38,504 nucleotides of DNA from Bacteroidota bacterium (GTDB taxonomy: Bacteria > Bacteroidota > Bacteroidia > Bacteroidales > PWNQ01), in assembly GCA_051748065.1 (NCBI GenBank), contig JBNJGZ010000003.1, forward strand, positions 1-38,504. Direction: 5' to 3'. Made by a program: the position numbers and the translations under genes. Every line of letters begins with the position of its first letter. Position 1 is the stretch's first letter. Positions 19,124 through 28,400 of the stretch are shown one piece after another. A model generated the notes under the pieces. That model was given only the letters and a program-made list of their open reading frames with translations, was not told the DNA's origin and ran no database searches.

Positions 19124-19451
19124 AAAAGGTTAATGAGTTTTATTCGCAAATTATTGAATTAGCTCCCAAATAAGCCTGCCATAATGATCAATAAAGACCA
19201 TTAACCAATCACAGGTTTCGTTAATGGATATGCAGGGCCAGACAGATAGATTAAGCTCCGGTGCTAAACCAAAGCTTTTCTGAGCAGCGGCGGCATTTTT
19301 GTTTACTTCTTTTGCTGCAGAAAAAAGTAAAAACACAGAAAATAGACGAAACTTTAGCTTTCCCCGCTCTAATACCGCGTTTATTGCCTACTGCACCCTG
19401 CCAACTGCCAACCGGCCAAAGGGCACTAAGCAACATTATTAAATCTCAAAT

Positions 19452-19473
19452 CATATAAGTCATAAAAGTATTG
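19452..19473. repeat. Right copy of the 22-bp direct repeat CATATAAGTCATAAAAGTATTG
   Basis: It matches 19102-19123 at 20 of 22 positions and lies 350 bp downstream of the left copy. Confidence 0.75.
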
Positions 19474-19520
19474 GCGCTAAAATCAACAATCCGTTAGATT
19501 GTCGTTTAAAGCTGTAGGTT

Positions 19521-22500
19521 TTACGCCGATTCCGCACCGGGTTTACCGTGGCAGTGTTTGTATTTCTTGCCGCTTCCACAGGGACAGGGGTCATTCCGGC
19601 CGACTTTCTTTTCAACTCTGCGGGGTTGTGTTTTTTCTTGTTTAGAAGTTTTTTGTTTGGCAACTTCTCCCATGTCTGTCCGGCTGGTTTTCAAATTGCT
19701 TAAGTCTGTGCCTTTGGGTACGTCAGCTTCCTGGAGGATATCTCTGTGGTCTTGCTCTTCTTGTTCAGGCAGTTTAGCTTTTAATAAGAAAGAAATAATT
19801 TCCTTATTGATCTTAGCTATCATTTGCTTAAACAATTCATAGGACTCGAACTTATAGATCAGTAACGGATCCTTTTGTTCATAAGTAGCATTTTGCACGG
19901 ATTGTTTAAGGTCGTCCATTTCCCTGAGGTGTTCCTTCCAGGCATTGTCGATAGTGCGCATGGAAACGCCTTTTTCAATAGCAGTGATGATGGCTTTTCC
20001 TTCGGATTCATAAGCCTTTTCCAGATTAACGACAATCTGAAATGATTGGGAACCATCAGAAATAGGAATAGCAATGTTCGTATAAGAAACCGACGGGTCT
20101 CTATATACCGATCGGATAACCGGATAAGCGATTTCAGCCAGATTATCCGATTTTGTTTTGTAGTTTTCATACGCCAGCTTAAAGACCTGGTCGATCATGT
20201 CATCAGGTTTTGCGGCCAGAAACTCTTGTTCTGTAAATGGTGCTTCAACGGATAGCTGGGAAAACAAATCAATCTTTAATCCCTCATAATCCTGGGCATC
20301 GTGATAATCGCGAATTAAGATATCAGTGATATCATACATCATATTCGCAATATCGATGGATAAGCGTTCTCCGTATAATGCATGACGACGTTTTTTGTAA
20401 ATCACTTCGCGCTGGGCATTCATGACATCATCATACTCCAGGAGTTTTTTCCGGATGCCAAAGTTATTTTCTTCTACTTTTTTCTGGGCGCGCTCAATGG
20501 AATCGGTGATCATTTTATGCTGAATCACTTCTCCTTTTTCATATCCCAGCCTGTTCATGACTTTTGATATCCTCTCAGAGCCGAACAAGCGCATCAGATC
20601 ATCTTCCAGGGAGACGAAAAACTGTGATGATCCAGGATCACCCTGACGTCCGGCACGACCTCTGAGCTGACGGTCGACGCGCCGTGAATCGTGGCGTTCC
20701 GTTCCGATAATAGCCAACCCTCCCGCTGCGACTACGCCTTCGCCAAGCTTAATGTCGGTTCCACGACCTGCCATATTCGTTGCAATGGTAACATTTCCGG
20801 GTTGCCCTGCTTCCGCAACAATCGTGGCTTCCTTTTGGTGCAGCTTAGCATTTAGCACGTTGTGCGATATCTTACGGCGGTTTAACATCTTGCTGAGCAA
20901 TTCCGAAATCTCTACAGATGTTGTCCCCACAAGAACGGGACGTCCTTGTCCTACATATTCTTCAATAGTTTCTATAACGGCATTGTACTTTTCTGCCTTT
21001 GTTTTGTAAACCAAATCCTGATAGTCTTTGCGGATTACAGGCTTATTTGTCGGAATTACAACAACGTCCAGACTATAGATGTCAAAAAATTCTCCGGCTT
21101 CAGTTTCCGCTGTTCCCGTCATACCGGACAGTTTATGATACATTCTGAAATAATTCTGCAGCGTGACTGTGGCATAGGTTTGTGTAGAAGCTTCTATCGT
21201 TACGTTTTCCTTAGCTTCTATTGCCTGATGAAGTCCGTCCGAATACCGTCTTCCTTCAAGAATACGTCCGGTTTGTTCATCGACAATTTTCACTTTGTTG
21301 TCCATTACCACATAATCCACATCTTTTTCAAAAAGGGTGTATGCTTTAAAGAGTTGATTTAAACTGTGTACCCGGTCTGACTTGATCGCGTAGTCTTGCA
21401 GCATCTCACTTTTTTTCTTCATCTTCTCGGTCTCGGAGAGTTCAGATTTCTCCAGGTCCGCAATTTCACTACCGATATCCGGTAAGATGTAAAATTCTGA
21501 GTTGCCGGTAATCTCATTGATCAGGTCGATACCTTTATCTGTAAGGTCTATGGTATTTTGTTTTTCATCAATGACGAAGAATAGATCATCATCAATAAGA
21601 TGCATGTGCTTAGATTGCTCCTGCATATACAGGGCTTCTGTTTTTTGCATCGTCAGCTTTACGCCGGGTTCACTGAGGTACTTAATCAGCGCCTTATTTT
21701 TGGGAAGGCCACGATAGGCACGGAACAAATATTCTCCTCCTTTTTTTTGTGTTTTCTCGTCGTTTCCTTCCTTCAACATCTGCTTAGCTTCCGTAAGCTG
21801 TTTGTTTACAAACTTGCGTTGATTTTCGAAAAGCTTTTCAACGATAGGTTTGAGTTCATTAAATTCATCGCGGCTGTCTTGTTGGGTAGGTCCGGAAATA
21901 ATTAACGGCGTCCGGGCGTCATCGATAAGCACAGAGTCAACCTCATCCACAATTGTGAAATGGTGCTTTCGTTGGACCATTTCATCGGGTGTAGAAACCA
22001 TATTATCACGCAGATAGTCAAAGCCAAATTCATTGTTGGTACCATAAGTAATATCGGCGTGGTATGCTGCTCTTCGTTCCGGTGTGCTGGGATTATATCT
22101 GTCTACACAATCTGTCTTAAGCCCGTGAAATTCGTAAAGCATCCCCATCCATTCGGCGTCACGTTTAGCAAGATAGCTGTTAACAGTAACCAGATGAACG
22201 CCACGTCCGGCCAGAGCGTTAAGATAAATAGGCAGTGTGGCTGCTAATGTTTTTCCTTCACCGGTTGCCATTTCTGCAATTTTGCCCTGGTGTAAAACAA
22301 CAGCACCAATCAACTGCACGTCATAAGGCACCATGTCCCATTTGATCAGAGAACCACCGGCGACCCATTCGTTCTGGTAATATGCCTGGTTGTCTTTTAT
22401 GGATATGCTTTCAGATTTGGCTGCCAAATCTTTATCATGATCGTTGGCGGTAACTTCAAGCACTTCATTTTCTTTAAAGCGTCGTGCAGTTTCTTTCATT

Positions 22501-22844
22501 ACTGCAAAGGCTTCCGGCAGTAATTTATCTAAAATCTCTTCTGTTTTCTCAAGCGTCTGTTTTTCTATTTCATCAATCCTTTCCCAAATGGACTCTTTTT
22601 CCTCCAAATCCATACCCGGGTTGTCGGTAATCTTTGCTTTTAGCCCGGCAACTTCTTTGTTTTCCTCAGCAACGTAATCGTTAATGCGTTTTTTGAATTC
22701 CGCTGTCTTTTCGCGAAGCGCATCATTACTGAAGGATTTTAGCTTTTCAAATTCTTCGTTGATCTGAGTAACATAGGGTTGTATTTTTTTTACATCCCTT
22801 TCGGATTTTGTTCCACCAAGTACTTTGGTAATAAAATTGAGCAT
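19521..22844 (-). CDS. secA: Preprotein translocase ATPase SecA
   Basis: It has Walker [10 protein letters not shown], the DEAD-like box [20 protein letters not shown] and the C-terminal zinc finger [14 protein letters not shown]. It is 1107 aa. Confidence 0.96.
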   Translation of the reverse strand: MLNFITKVLGGTKSERDVKKIQPYVTQINEEFEKLKSFSNDALREKTAEFKKRINDYVAEENKEVAGLKAKITDNPGMDLEEKESIWERIDEIEKQTLEKTEEILDKLLPEAFAVMKETARRFKENEVLEVTANDHDKDLAAKSESISIKDNQAYYQNEWVAGGSLIKWDMVPYDVQLIGAVVLHQGKIAEMATGEGKTLAATLPIYLNALAGRGVHLVTVNSYLAKRDAEWMGMLYEFHGLKTDCVDRYNPSTPERRAAYHADITYGTNNEFGFDYLRDNMVSTPDEMVQRKHHFTIVDEVDSVLIDDARTPLIISGPTQQDSRDEFNELKPIVEKLFENQRKFVNKQLTEAKQMLKEGNDEKTQKKGGEYLFRAYRGLPKNKALIKYLSEPGVKLTMQKTEALYMQEQSKHMHLIDDDLFFVIDEKQNTIDLTDKGIDLINEITGNSEFYILPDIGSEIADLEKSELSETEKMKKKSEMLQDYAIKSDRVHSLNQLFKAYTLFEKDVDYVVMDNKVKIVDEQTGRILEGRRYSDGLHQAIEAKENVTIEASTQTYATVTLQNYFRMYHKLSGMTGTAETEAGEFFDIYSLDVVVIPTNKPVIRKDYQDLVYKTKAEKYNAVIETIEEYVGQGRPVLVGTTSVEISELLSKMLNRRKISHNVLNAKLHQKEATIVAEAGQPGNVTIATNMAGRGTDIKLGEGVVAAGGLAIIGTERHDSRRVDRQLRGRAGRQGDPGSSQFFVSLEDDLMRLFGSERISKVMNRLGYEKGEVIQHKMITDSIERAQKKVEENNFGIRKKLLEYDDVMNAQREVIYKKRRHALYGERLSIDIANMMYDITDILIRDYHDAQDYEGLKIDLFSQLSVEAPFTEQEFLAAKPDDMIDQVFKLAYENYKTKSDNLAEIAYPVIRSVYRDPSVSYTNIAIPISDGSQSFQIVVNLEKAYESEGKAIITAIEKGVSMRTIDNAWKEHLREMDDLKQSVQNATYEQKDPLLIYKFESYELFKQMIAKINKEIISFLLKAKLPEQEEQDHRDILQEADVPKGTDLSNLKTSRTDMGEVAKQKTSKQEKTQPRRVEKKVGRNDPCPCGSGKKYKHCHGKPGAESA

Positions 22845-22892
22845 GATAAAAAATGTTTTCTTTTGTCTGATGAATATTAACAGTCAGACGGG

Positions 22893-22900
22893 CAAATTTA
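22893..22900 (-). promoter_or_regulatory. Candidate -7 box TAAATTTG upstream of secA
   Basis: The reverse complement of CAAATTTA matches TAnnTTTG exactly, 49 nt upstream of the secA ATG. I found no well-spaced -33 TTG. A 6-bp hairpin (GTCTGA/TCAGAC, about 22866-22889) would then fall in the 5' leader. Confidence 0.35.
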
Positions 22901-22979
22901 CCGAAAAACCATTAAAAGAGAGTGATAATCTTACAATTGGGATTTTTAATGAATTAAGGGTAGCTTACAAAAGAAGCCC

Positions 22980-23201
22980 CTAATATTCGTCCTCATTAAA
23001 AAAGAAGTCTTCTTTACTCGGATAGTCCGGCCAAAGATCTTCAATGCTATCGTATACTTCTCCTTCGTCTTCTATTTCGCGGAGGTTCTCAATAACCTCC
23101 ATTGGCGCACCCGAACGCAAAGCATAGTCAATAAGCTCTTCTTTTGTTGCCGGCCAGGGAGCATCTTCTAACTTTGATGCCAGTTCTAGAGTCCAATACA
23201 T
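22980..23201 (-). CDS. DUF2795-family small protein
   Basis: The sequence MYWTLELASKLEDAPWPATKEELIDYALRSGAPMEVIENLREIED fits the remembered DUF2795 pattern (WPA.K.EL...A...GA...V...L). I moved the start to the ATG at 23201 because a canonical promoter lies inside the longer track ORF. Confidence 0.7.
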   Translation of the reverse strand: MYWTLELASKLEDAPWPATKEELIDYALRSGAPMEVIENLREIEDEGEVYDSIEDLWPDYPSKEDFFFNEDEY

Positions 23202-23234
23202 ATATATCCTTCTTTTATGTGGTAAAAATTTGTG

Positions 23235-23264
23235 CAAAAATAGAAGAATTACTGCAAATGTCAA
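23235..23264 (-). promoter_or_regulatory. Canonical Bacteroidota promoter: TTG, 19 nt, TATTTTTG
   Basis: On the minus strand, TTG (23262-23264) is followed by a 19-nt spacer and then TATTTTTG (23235-23242). The -7 box ends 33 nt upstream of the ATG at 23201. Confidence 0.6.
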
Positions 23265-23320
23265 GATAAATTTACGTAATCGATAAAATGATATAAAAAT
23301 TTATATGTCAAGTTATTGTG

Positions 23321-23893
23321 TTAATTTGTCTTCCATTTTTCTTCAGTAATCTCATTGTTGTGTGTAAAATAACGAGCTAATACGAAAAAATAATCCGAAA
23401 GGCGGTTTAAATATTGAATTATCTCGTCATTTACCGGGTAAATATCGCTGGCTTGCAAAACCTTTCGTTCTGCCCGCCGACAAACAGTTCTTGCTACGTG
23501 GGCATGGGAGGCGGCTTTATGCCCACCGGGGATAATAAAATTTTGCAATTCCGGCAGTTCTTCATTCATCTTGTCTATTGCATCCTCTAATTTCTTCGTG
23601 TCCGTAGTATCTACGTTAGGTAAATTTGCCAAAAGTTCTTCAGAATCGGAAGCTATTATGGATTCGGCTGCAAAGACCTTTTCCTGAATTTCATGAAGAA
23701 AAGTACGAGTGCTTTCACAAATCCCTTCCTGATCGCGCAATAAACCGATAAAAGCGTTAAGCTCGTCTAACGTACCATAAGCTTCTATTTTTTCATGATA
23801 CTTAGACACACGTGAACCTCCCAGTAAAGAAGTTTTTCCTTTATCTCCCTGTTTCGTATATATTTTAAAGTTGTTCTCTTTTTCTTTATTCAT
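23321..23893 (-). CDS. PduO-type ATP:cob(I)alamin adenosyltransferase
   Basis: It has the N-terminal signature IYTKQGDKGKTSL and a helical-bundle remainder of about 190 aa. The start could be the ATG at 23893 (MNKEKEN) or the upstream ATG at 23908. Confidence 0.85.
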   Translation of the reverse strand: MNKEKENNFKIYTKQGDKGKTSLLGGSRVSKYHEKIEAYGTLDELNAFIGLLRDQEGICESTRTFLHEIQEKVFAAESIIASDSEELLANLPNVDTTDTKKLEDAIDKMNEELPELQNFIIPGGHKAASHAHVARTVCRRAERKVLQASDIYPVNDEIIQYLNRLSDYFFVLARYFTHNNEITEEKWKTN

Positions 23894-23960
23894 AATGCAT
23901 ATAATCATTTTCTGTCACAACAAGCAAGCGAGCTATATGTTTAATATTACGAAAAAATAA

Positions 23961-24656
23961 TTATTGGGTTTGCTGTAATGTATCATTATCAATCAGACCA
24001 TCAATAAGACGGATAATTCGCTTTGCATATTGTGCAATATCTTCTTCATGTGTGACAACAATAATTGTATTACCGTTTTTATGGATCTCGCTGAATAAAT
24101 TCATAATTTCATAAGATGTTTCCGAGTCCAGGTTTCCGGTAGGTTCGTCAGCCAGGATAATCTCCGGATTATTGACCATTGCCCGCGCAATAGCTACTCT
24201 TTGCCTTTGTCCGCCGGAGAGCTCATTCGGTTTGTGATACATTCGGTTTTCGAGCTGAACCTGCTCAAGCGTTTCTTTGGCCTTGCTGATGCGTTTTGAT
24301 TTAGGCATACCGGCATAAACCAAAGGCATCATAACATTCTCAAGTGCGCTGGAGCGGGGTAATAGGTTAAAAGTCTGAAAAACGAAACCAATTGCCTTAT
24401 TTCTTATTTCTGCAAGTTTATTATCATTGAGTTGACTGACGTCTTCATGGTTTAATATATATTCTCCGGAGGTAGGAGTGTCAAGGCAGCCCAGAATGTT
24501 CATTAATGTGGATTTGCCGGAACCCGAAGCACCCATCAGCGCTACATACTCATTCCTGTTTACCTGAGTACTTATATCCTGTAAGGCTTTGATGGTTTGA
24601 TTCCCAATAACATAATGCTTTTTTATATGGGATAATTGAATAAGTTCCTGGGGCAT
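23961..24656 (-). CDS. ABC transporter ATP-binding protein, LolD/MacB/FtsE-like
   Basis: It has Walker [10 protein letters not shown], the signature [14 protein letters not shown] and Walker [13 protein letters not shown]. No permease gene is adjacent. Confidence 0.9.
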   Translation of the reverse strand: MPQELIQLSHIKKHYVIGNQTIKALQDISTQVNRNEYVALMGASGSGKSTLMNILGCLDTPTSGEYILNHEDVSQLNDNKLAEIRNKAIGFVFQTFNLLPRSSALENVMMPLVYAGMPKSKRISKAKETLEQVQLENRMYHKPNELSGGQRQRVAIARAMVNNPEIILADEPTGNLDSETSYEIMNLFSEIHKNGNTIIVVTHEEDIAQYAKRIIRLIDGLIDNDTLQQTQ

Positions 24657-24748
24657 ATTGTATAATTTCTAAAATTTTGTTGCTTTTCTGTTAATTTCCA
24701 TATACTAATTTTGCGGGCACTTAACAGTAGTTCAAATGTAATAAAAAC

Positions 24749-25522
24749 TTACATACGTAAATTAAAATGTTGACGGGCTATATTTTTTTTAAAAAATATC
24801 AGTCCGAAACGCAATGTTGCCAGAGAAACCGATACATTTTTATCTTGTTTAATGCTTTTCCAGGCTTTTTTCATTCCGGGTGACCAGTAAATATCGTCAA
24901 AAATTAATACGCTGTCGGAGTGGGTAATATTTTTGAGCAGGTCATAAAAATTCAGTGTCCCGCAATAGGAGTGATCGGCATCTATGAAGACAAGATCAGT
25001 TTTGTAGTCATCAGATTTTAGCTGTTTTATGTAATCGGTTGCTTCCTCATTTACAACAGTAATATTATTCAACTGATGCCTTTGAAAGAATTGTTTGGCT
25101 AAGTTTGCCTTTCCGGGACAGCCTTCCACTGTGATAACCCGGGCTTTCGGACAGGCAATGGCTAAATAGGCTGTGGAGAGTCCGGAAGAGGTACCTAATT
25201 CTAAAATATGATGCGGCTGGAAATGCCGGCATAATCCATAAAGTTTTTGTCCGTAGCGGGAGTTAATTCCCATTTTGAGCAGGTCTTTCCCGTTGAGTGT
25301 GCGGTTTTGTTTTGTGCCCAAATCCAATGAATTGAAATTTGGTGTTTGCCGGATGTCTTGTCTTAAAGCTTGAATTATTTTGCGATCCTGAGATTGCGTC
25401 TTCATCTTCAGTGCCTTTGTTGCACATTGATACAGAAAAGGGGAATGAATACCAAAACGGGAAACCGAATGGGTTAGGTGCTGAAGACTGTATTTGATAT
25501 GATAAAAGTGTCTTTCCATCAT
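24749..25522 (-). CDS. Class I SAM-dependent methyltransferase (O-methyltransferase family 3-like)
   Basis: It has motif I ILELGTSSGLST, an acidic block VFIDADH and a FDDIYWSPGM segment. It is 257 aa. Confidence 0.75.
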   Translation of the reverse strand: MMERHFYHIKYSLQHLTHSVSRFGIHSPFLYQCATKALKMKTQSQDRKIIQALRQDIRQTPNFNSLDLGTKQNRTLNGKDLLKMGINSRYGQKLYGLCRHFQPHHILELGTSSGLSTAYLAIACPKARVITVEGCPGKANLAKQFFQRHQLNNITVVNEEATDYIKQLKSDDYKTDLVFIDADHSYCGTLNFYDLLKNITHSDSVLIFDDIYWSPGMKKAWKSIKQDKNVSVSLATLRFGLIFFKKNIARQHFNLRM

Positions 25523-25814
25523 GTGATAAAAATAGTAAAATTATAAAAGATTTTGATATAATATAAAAATGAGCCCGGCAAATCTTCCACAGAGGTTCCA
25601 TCTATTCGCTTTTTTCAGGCTATTGCTAACCCATACGCAGCGGATTATAGCATAGGTCAGAAATGAAATAAAAGGCGTGGAAGCTCAGTCTACAAAAAAA
25701 GGATTCGTTATAAAACAAAACTGGTGCGGAACGCATATTAATATTTTATTCTATAAAACATTTGCGCTTTTATCTCGTTTTTAATTCAAACAGAACCCAT
25801 AAAAAACTCCTATC

Positions 25815-26393
25815 ATGATTACAAGAAAAGTTTTCACGGTCAGTTTGTTTTTCTTTTTTGCGTTAAGCTTAAATGCGCAATTTTATACCGGGTTAGCCGG
25901 TTCGTTATCAATGCATCCTGAAGGCGAGCGGGAAGGGGTGCAATTGCATCCCCGGGAAAGTTACACAAGCGGATATGGAGGTAAGTTTGTGGTTGGGTAT
26001 ACGATATCTCAACGCTGGGATGTTAACATAAGCGCTGAAAATATCTGGCTTGCATCCTCGCCTGTAACAGATGATCACCAATTATCATCAATAACAGCTA
26101 ATGTCAAATATTATCTTTTCGATAAAACATCTTCTAAACCCTATGTAGGAATAGGCGGTGGGTTTTTCCGCTCGTCACTGGAAGATAAATTAATATATCA
26201 AAACGATGAAATACTCGATTTATCAGAAACGATAGAAACCTTCAGTGGTTTTCCAACCATAGGTTATATGATTAATCCTGAGTTTTCGGAACGTCTCCAT
26301 TTCAATGCAGAACTGTCTTATCGGTTTCCGTTTACAAATCCTTCCATGAAGCACTTTTTGTTTAATACCGGTGTTTATTATTACTGGAATTAA
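25815..26393 (+). CDS. Small outer-membrane beta-barrel protein (OmpW/OMP_b-brl-like)
   Basis: It has the signal peptide MITRKVFTVSLFFFFALSLNAQ, alternating aromatic/hydrophobic strands (GYGGKFVVGYT, YVGIGGGFF) and an aromatic C-terminus (GVYYYWN). Confidence 0.6.
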   Translation: MITRKVFTVSLFFFFALSLNAQFYTGLAGSLSMHPEGEREGVQLHPRESYTSGYGGKFVVGYTISQRWDVNISAENIWLASSPVTDDHQLSSITANVKYYLFDKTSSKPYVGIGGGFFRSSLEDKLIYQNDEILDLSETIETFSGFPTIGYMINPEFSERLHFNAELSYRFPFTNPSMKHFLFNTGVYYYWN

Positions 26394-26456
26394 ACAAACC
26401 GGGAATTGCAGATAAAACCAGGTGAGCATTCTTTTTCCATATTGTAACGAACTCTA

Positions 26457-27092
26457 TCATGTCTTTAAGGGAGGATATAAGTATGGCTTGATATTTTCCA
26501 AAGCGTTAAACAAGTTTTCAATTTTTTCTTCTTCCAGGATCCAGCCATTTATGGAATAGATGCCGAAAATGGAGTTGTTTTTCAAAGCAGGAACGAAGTC
26601 TGCCTCTACTGTATTGACCCCGGCAATAAAACTTTCATCCAATTCAAAAGCTGCCAGTATTTCTTCCCGTACTTTTCTGCTGGTTAGTGTTTTTCTTGCA
26701 GTGAAGGGATCATTGCCTTTGATGGCTACACGTGCATCGAAATGTTCAAATCCTGATTTAAGGAATTTGTTTTTATTGAAAATATTCAGCTTGTCCAAAA
26801 TATCCTTCTTTTGAATACAAATATTTACGGCAGCAGGAAGTTGTATTGGGATAAACACGCCGCTAAATAAAACATCTTCGGAGTTAAGGTTTAGCGACCG
26901 GGCGGCCGCAAATGAAACAAAATAGGATGTATCTCCTGTGCTGTTTGGAATATAGATTTTTCTATGATGACACACTCTTCTTACCCAGTGGTTTTGCTCT
27001 TCATCATACGGGTTTTTAAGGTATTCTATGTTCCGGCCACTTTTTCTGGCAAATTCTTTAAGTATCTCCGATGAAGAATTATTATTTTCCAT
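26457..27092 (-). CDS. Hypothetical cytoplasmic protein, 211 aa, with no motif recognised
   Basis: It is an intact ORF with an ATG start, no TM helix and no signal peptide. It begins 39 nt downstream of the RHH gene on the same strand, and the GC of one hand-counted 60-nt line falls within the range of the dcw-cluster lines. It is probably the third gene of the SPFH operon. Confidence 0.6.
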   Translation of the reverse strand: MENNNSSSEILKEFARKSGRNIEYLKNPYDEEQNHWVRRVCHHRKIYIPNSTGDTSYFVSFAAARSLNLNSEDVLFSGVFIPIQLPAAVNICIQKKDILDKLNIFNKNKFLKSGFEHFDARVAIKGNDPFTARKTLTSRKVREEILAAFELDESFIAGVNTVEADFVPALKNNSIFGIYSINGWILEEEKIENLFNALENIKPYLYPPLKT

Positions 27093-27131
27093 AATGAGAT
27101 TAGATTAAAAGATCTGGTAATTGTGAACAGG

Positions 27132-27329
27132 CTATGTGTTTTTATTGTCAGGGTTCTTTGAAGAATTGCTGCTTTTTTTAGGTTTTTTCCATCGTCCGGC
27201 ATCTTTGAGCGCCTTCGTAATAATCCATTCCAATTGCCCGTTGGTACTGCGGAATTCATCTGCAGCCCATTTTTCTATCGCTTTCATCTTTTCTTCATCT
27301 ACACGAAGCACAAATTTCTTCTTAGTCAT
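27132..27329 (-). CDS. Arc/MetJ-type ribbon-helix-helix DNA-binding protein
   Basis: The N-terminal beta-strand plus two helices (KKFVLRVDEEKMKAIEKWAADEFRSTNGQLEWIITKALKDAGR) fit the Arc-like RHH pattern. It ends in a Lys/Ser/Asn-rich tail and starts 7 nt after the SPFH stop. Confidence 0.7.
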   Translation of the reverse strand: MTKKKFVLRVDEEKMKAIEKWAADEFRSTNGQLEWIITKALKDAGRWKKPKKSSNSSKNPDNKNT

Positions 27330-27336
27330 AAGATTT

Positions 27337-28191
27337 TTATTGATTTAAAGTACCTGCATTGATCACCGGGTGGGCCGATTCATCGGAACAGAGAACAACC
27401 ATGAGATTGCTAACCATAGCAGCTTTATTGTCTTCGTCCAACTGGATATTTTCTTTTCCTTCAAAGCTTTTTAGAGCCATATCAACCATGCCCACAGCAC
27501 CGTCAACAATTTTTTCGCGAGCGGCAATTACAGCACTAGCCTGTTGACGCCGTAACATAGCACCTGCAATTTCCTCTGAGTAAGCGATATAATTAATCCG
27601 TGCTTCTATTACCTGGATGCCCGCCAACTCTAAACGTTCAGAAACTTCCTCTTCCAACTCTTTGTTTATTTGTTCACCTCCCGAACGTAAAGTCAGATCA
27701 GCTTCTTCATCTTCAAAATTATCGTAAGGATAAACACCGGCCAGTTTTCTTAATGCTGCTTCACTTTGTACCAAAACGAAATGTTGAAAATCGTCTACCT
27801 GAAATGCCGCTTTAAAGGTCTCTTCAACTTTCCATACCAGTACCAGACCTATTTTAATGGGATTGCCCACTTTATCGTTTACTTTGATAGGATCACTGTC
27901 AAAATTCCTGGCCCGTAATGAAATCTTTTGCTTTGTAAAGAAAGGATTAACCCAAAAAAATCCATATTTTTTGAGGGTGCCCTGGTAAGATCCGAAAAGC
28001 ACTAAAACACAGGATTGGTTTGGGTTGATGATGACAAAGCCAATTGCCATAAAAATGACAACAGCCATCACTATTAGCAAGTAATAATTGTTTAGAAGAA
28101 TGATGCCTGCTAATGAAGCGGCAAACAAAATTAGTTCAGCGGCTACCATCAGATAACCATTGGTTCCCTTGTAAATTTTTTCCTTTTCCAT
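27337..28191 (-). CDS. SPFH/band-7 (stomatin-prohibitin-flotillin) domain membrane protein
   Basis: It has two N-terminal TM helices (YLMVAAELILFAASLAGIILL and LLIVMAVVIFMAIGFVII). The SPFH core follows (LVLFGSYQGTLKKYGFFWVNPF ... VKVNDKVGNPIKIGLVLVWKV ... SEAALRKLAG), then a coiled-coil region (AGAMLRRQQASAVIAAREKIV). Confidence 0.85.
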   Translation of the reverse strand: MEKEKIYKGTNGYLMVAAELILFAASLAGIILLNNYYLLIVMAVVIFMAIGFVIINPNQSCVLVLFGSYQGTLKKYGFFWVNPFFTKQKISLRARNFDSDPIKVNDKVGNPIKIGLVLVWKVEETFKAAFQVDDFQHFVLVQSEAALRKLAGVYPYDNFEDEEADLTLRSGGEQINKELEEEVSERLELAGIQVIEARINYIAYSEEIAGAMLRRQQASAVIAAREKIVDGAVGMVDMALKSFEGKENIQLDEDNKAAMVSNLMVVLCSDESAHPVINAGTLNQ

Positions 28192-28204
28192 AAGATTTGA
28201 TTTA

Positions 28205-28250
28205 AAATGATATTAAAATGATATCACAATGATACAAAATAATGATCATT
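28205..28250. promoter_or_regulatory. Array of four AATGAT(A/C) repeats in the SPFH operon promoter, a candidate RHH operator
   Basis: AATGATAT occurs at 28205 and 28217, AATGATAC at 28228, and the palindrome AATGATCATT at 28241-28250. Spacings are 12, 11 and 13 bp. The array begins 14 nt upstream of the SPFH ATG at 28191. Confidence 0.45.
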
Positions 28251-28400
28251 AATGCAAGATTTTTTTTGATTTTTTATTGTCCCCAGTAGTTTGTAAACAG
28301 CTATAGGTATGAAAATTTACTTTTGCGATAAAAAAATAGAAGATAAGTTACAATTGTTGATAACCAATGTTTTCAAAAAAACAGACTTACTTTATACAAT

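Noticed and set aside
19151-19436. Two overlapping 61-aa minus-strand ORFs, plus a 65-aa plus-strand ORF at 19261-19458, in the yqeY-secA spacer.
   Set aside because: At least the 19151-19336 ORF lacks an ATG start (it begins with GTG). The two minus-strand ORFs are in different frames, and none of the three has recognisable motifs. I treat the region as non-coding or a decayed remnant and discuss it as a finding instead.
22866-22889. The GTCTGA/TCAGAC hairpin upstream of secA as a terminator for the DUF2795 gene.
   Set aside because: It has only a 6-bp stem, and on the minus strand it is followed by an A-rich rather than a T-rich tract. It more likely lies in the secA leader, and the evidence is too weak to call a function.
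25263-25601. A 112-aa minus-strand ORF overlapping the 5' part of the methyltransferase gene.
   Set aside because: It is out of frame with a well-supported SAM methyltransferase CDS and extends into the AT-rich promoter region. It has no motifs.
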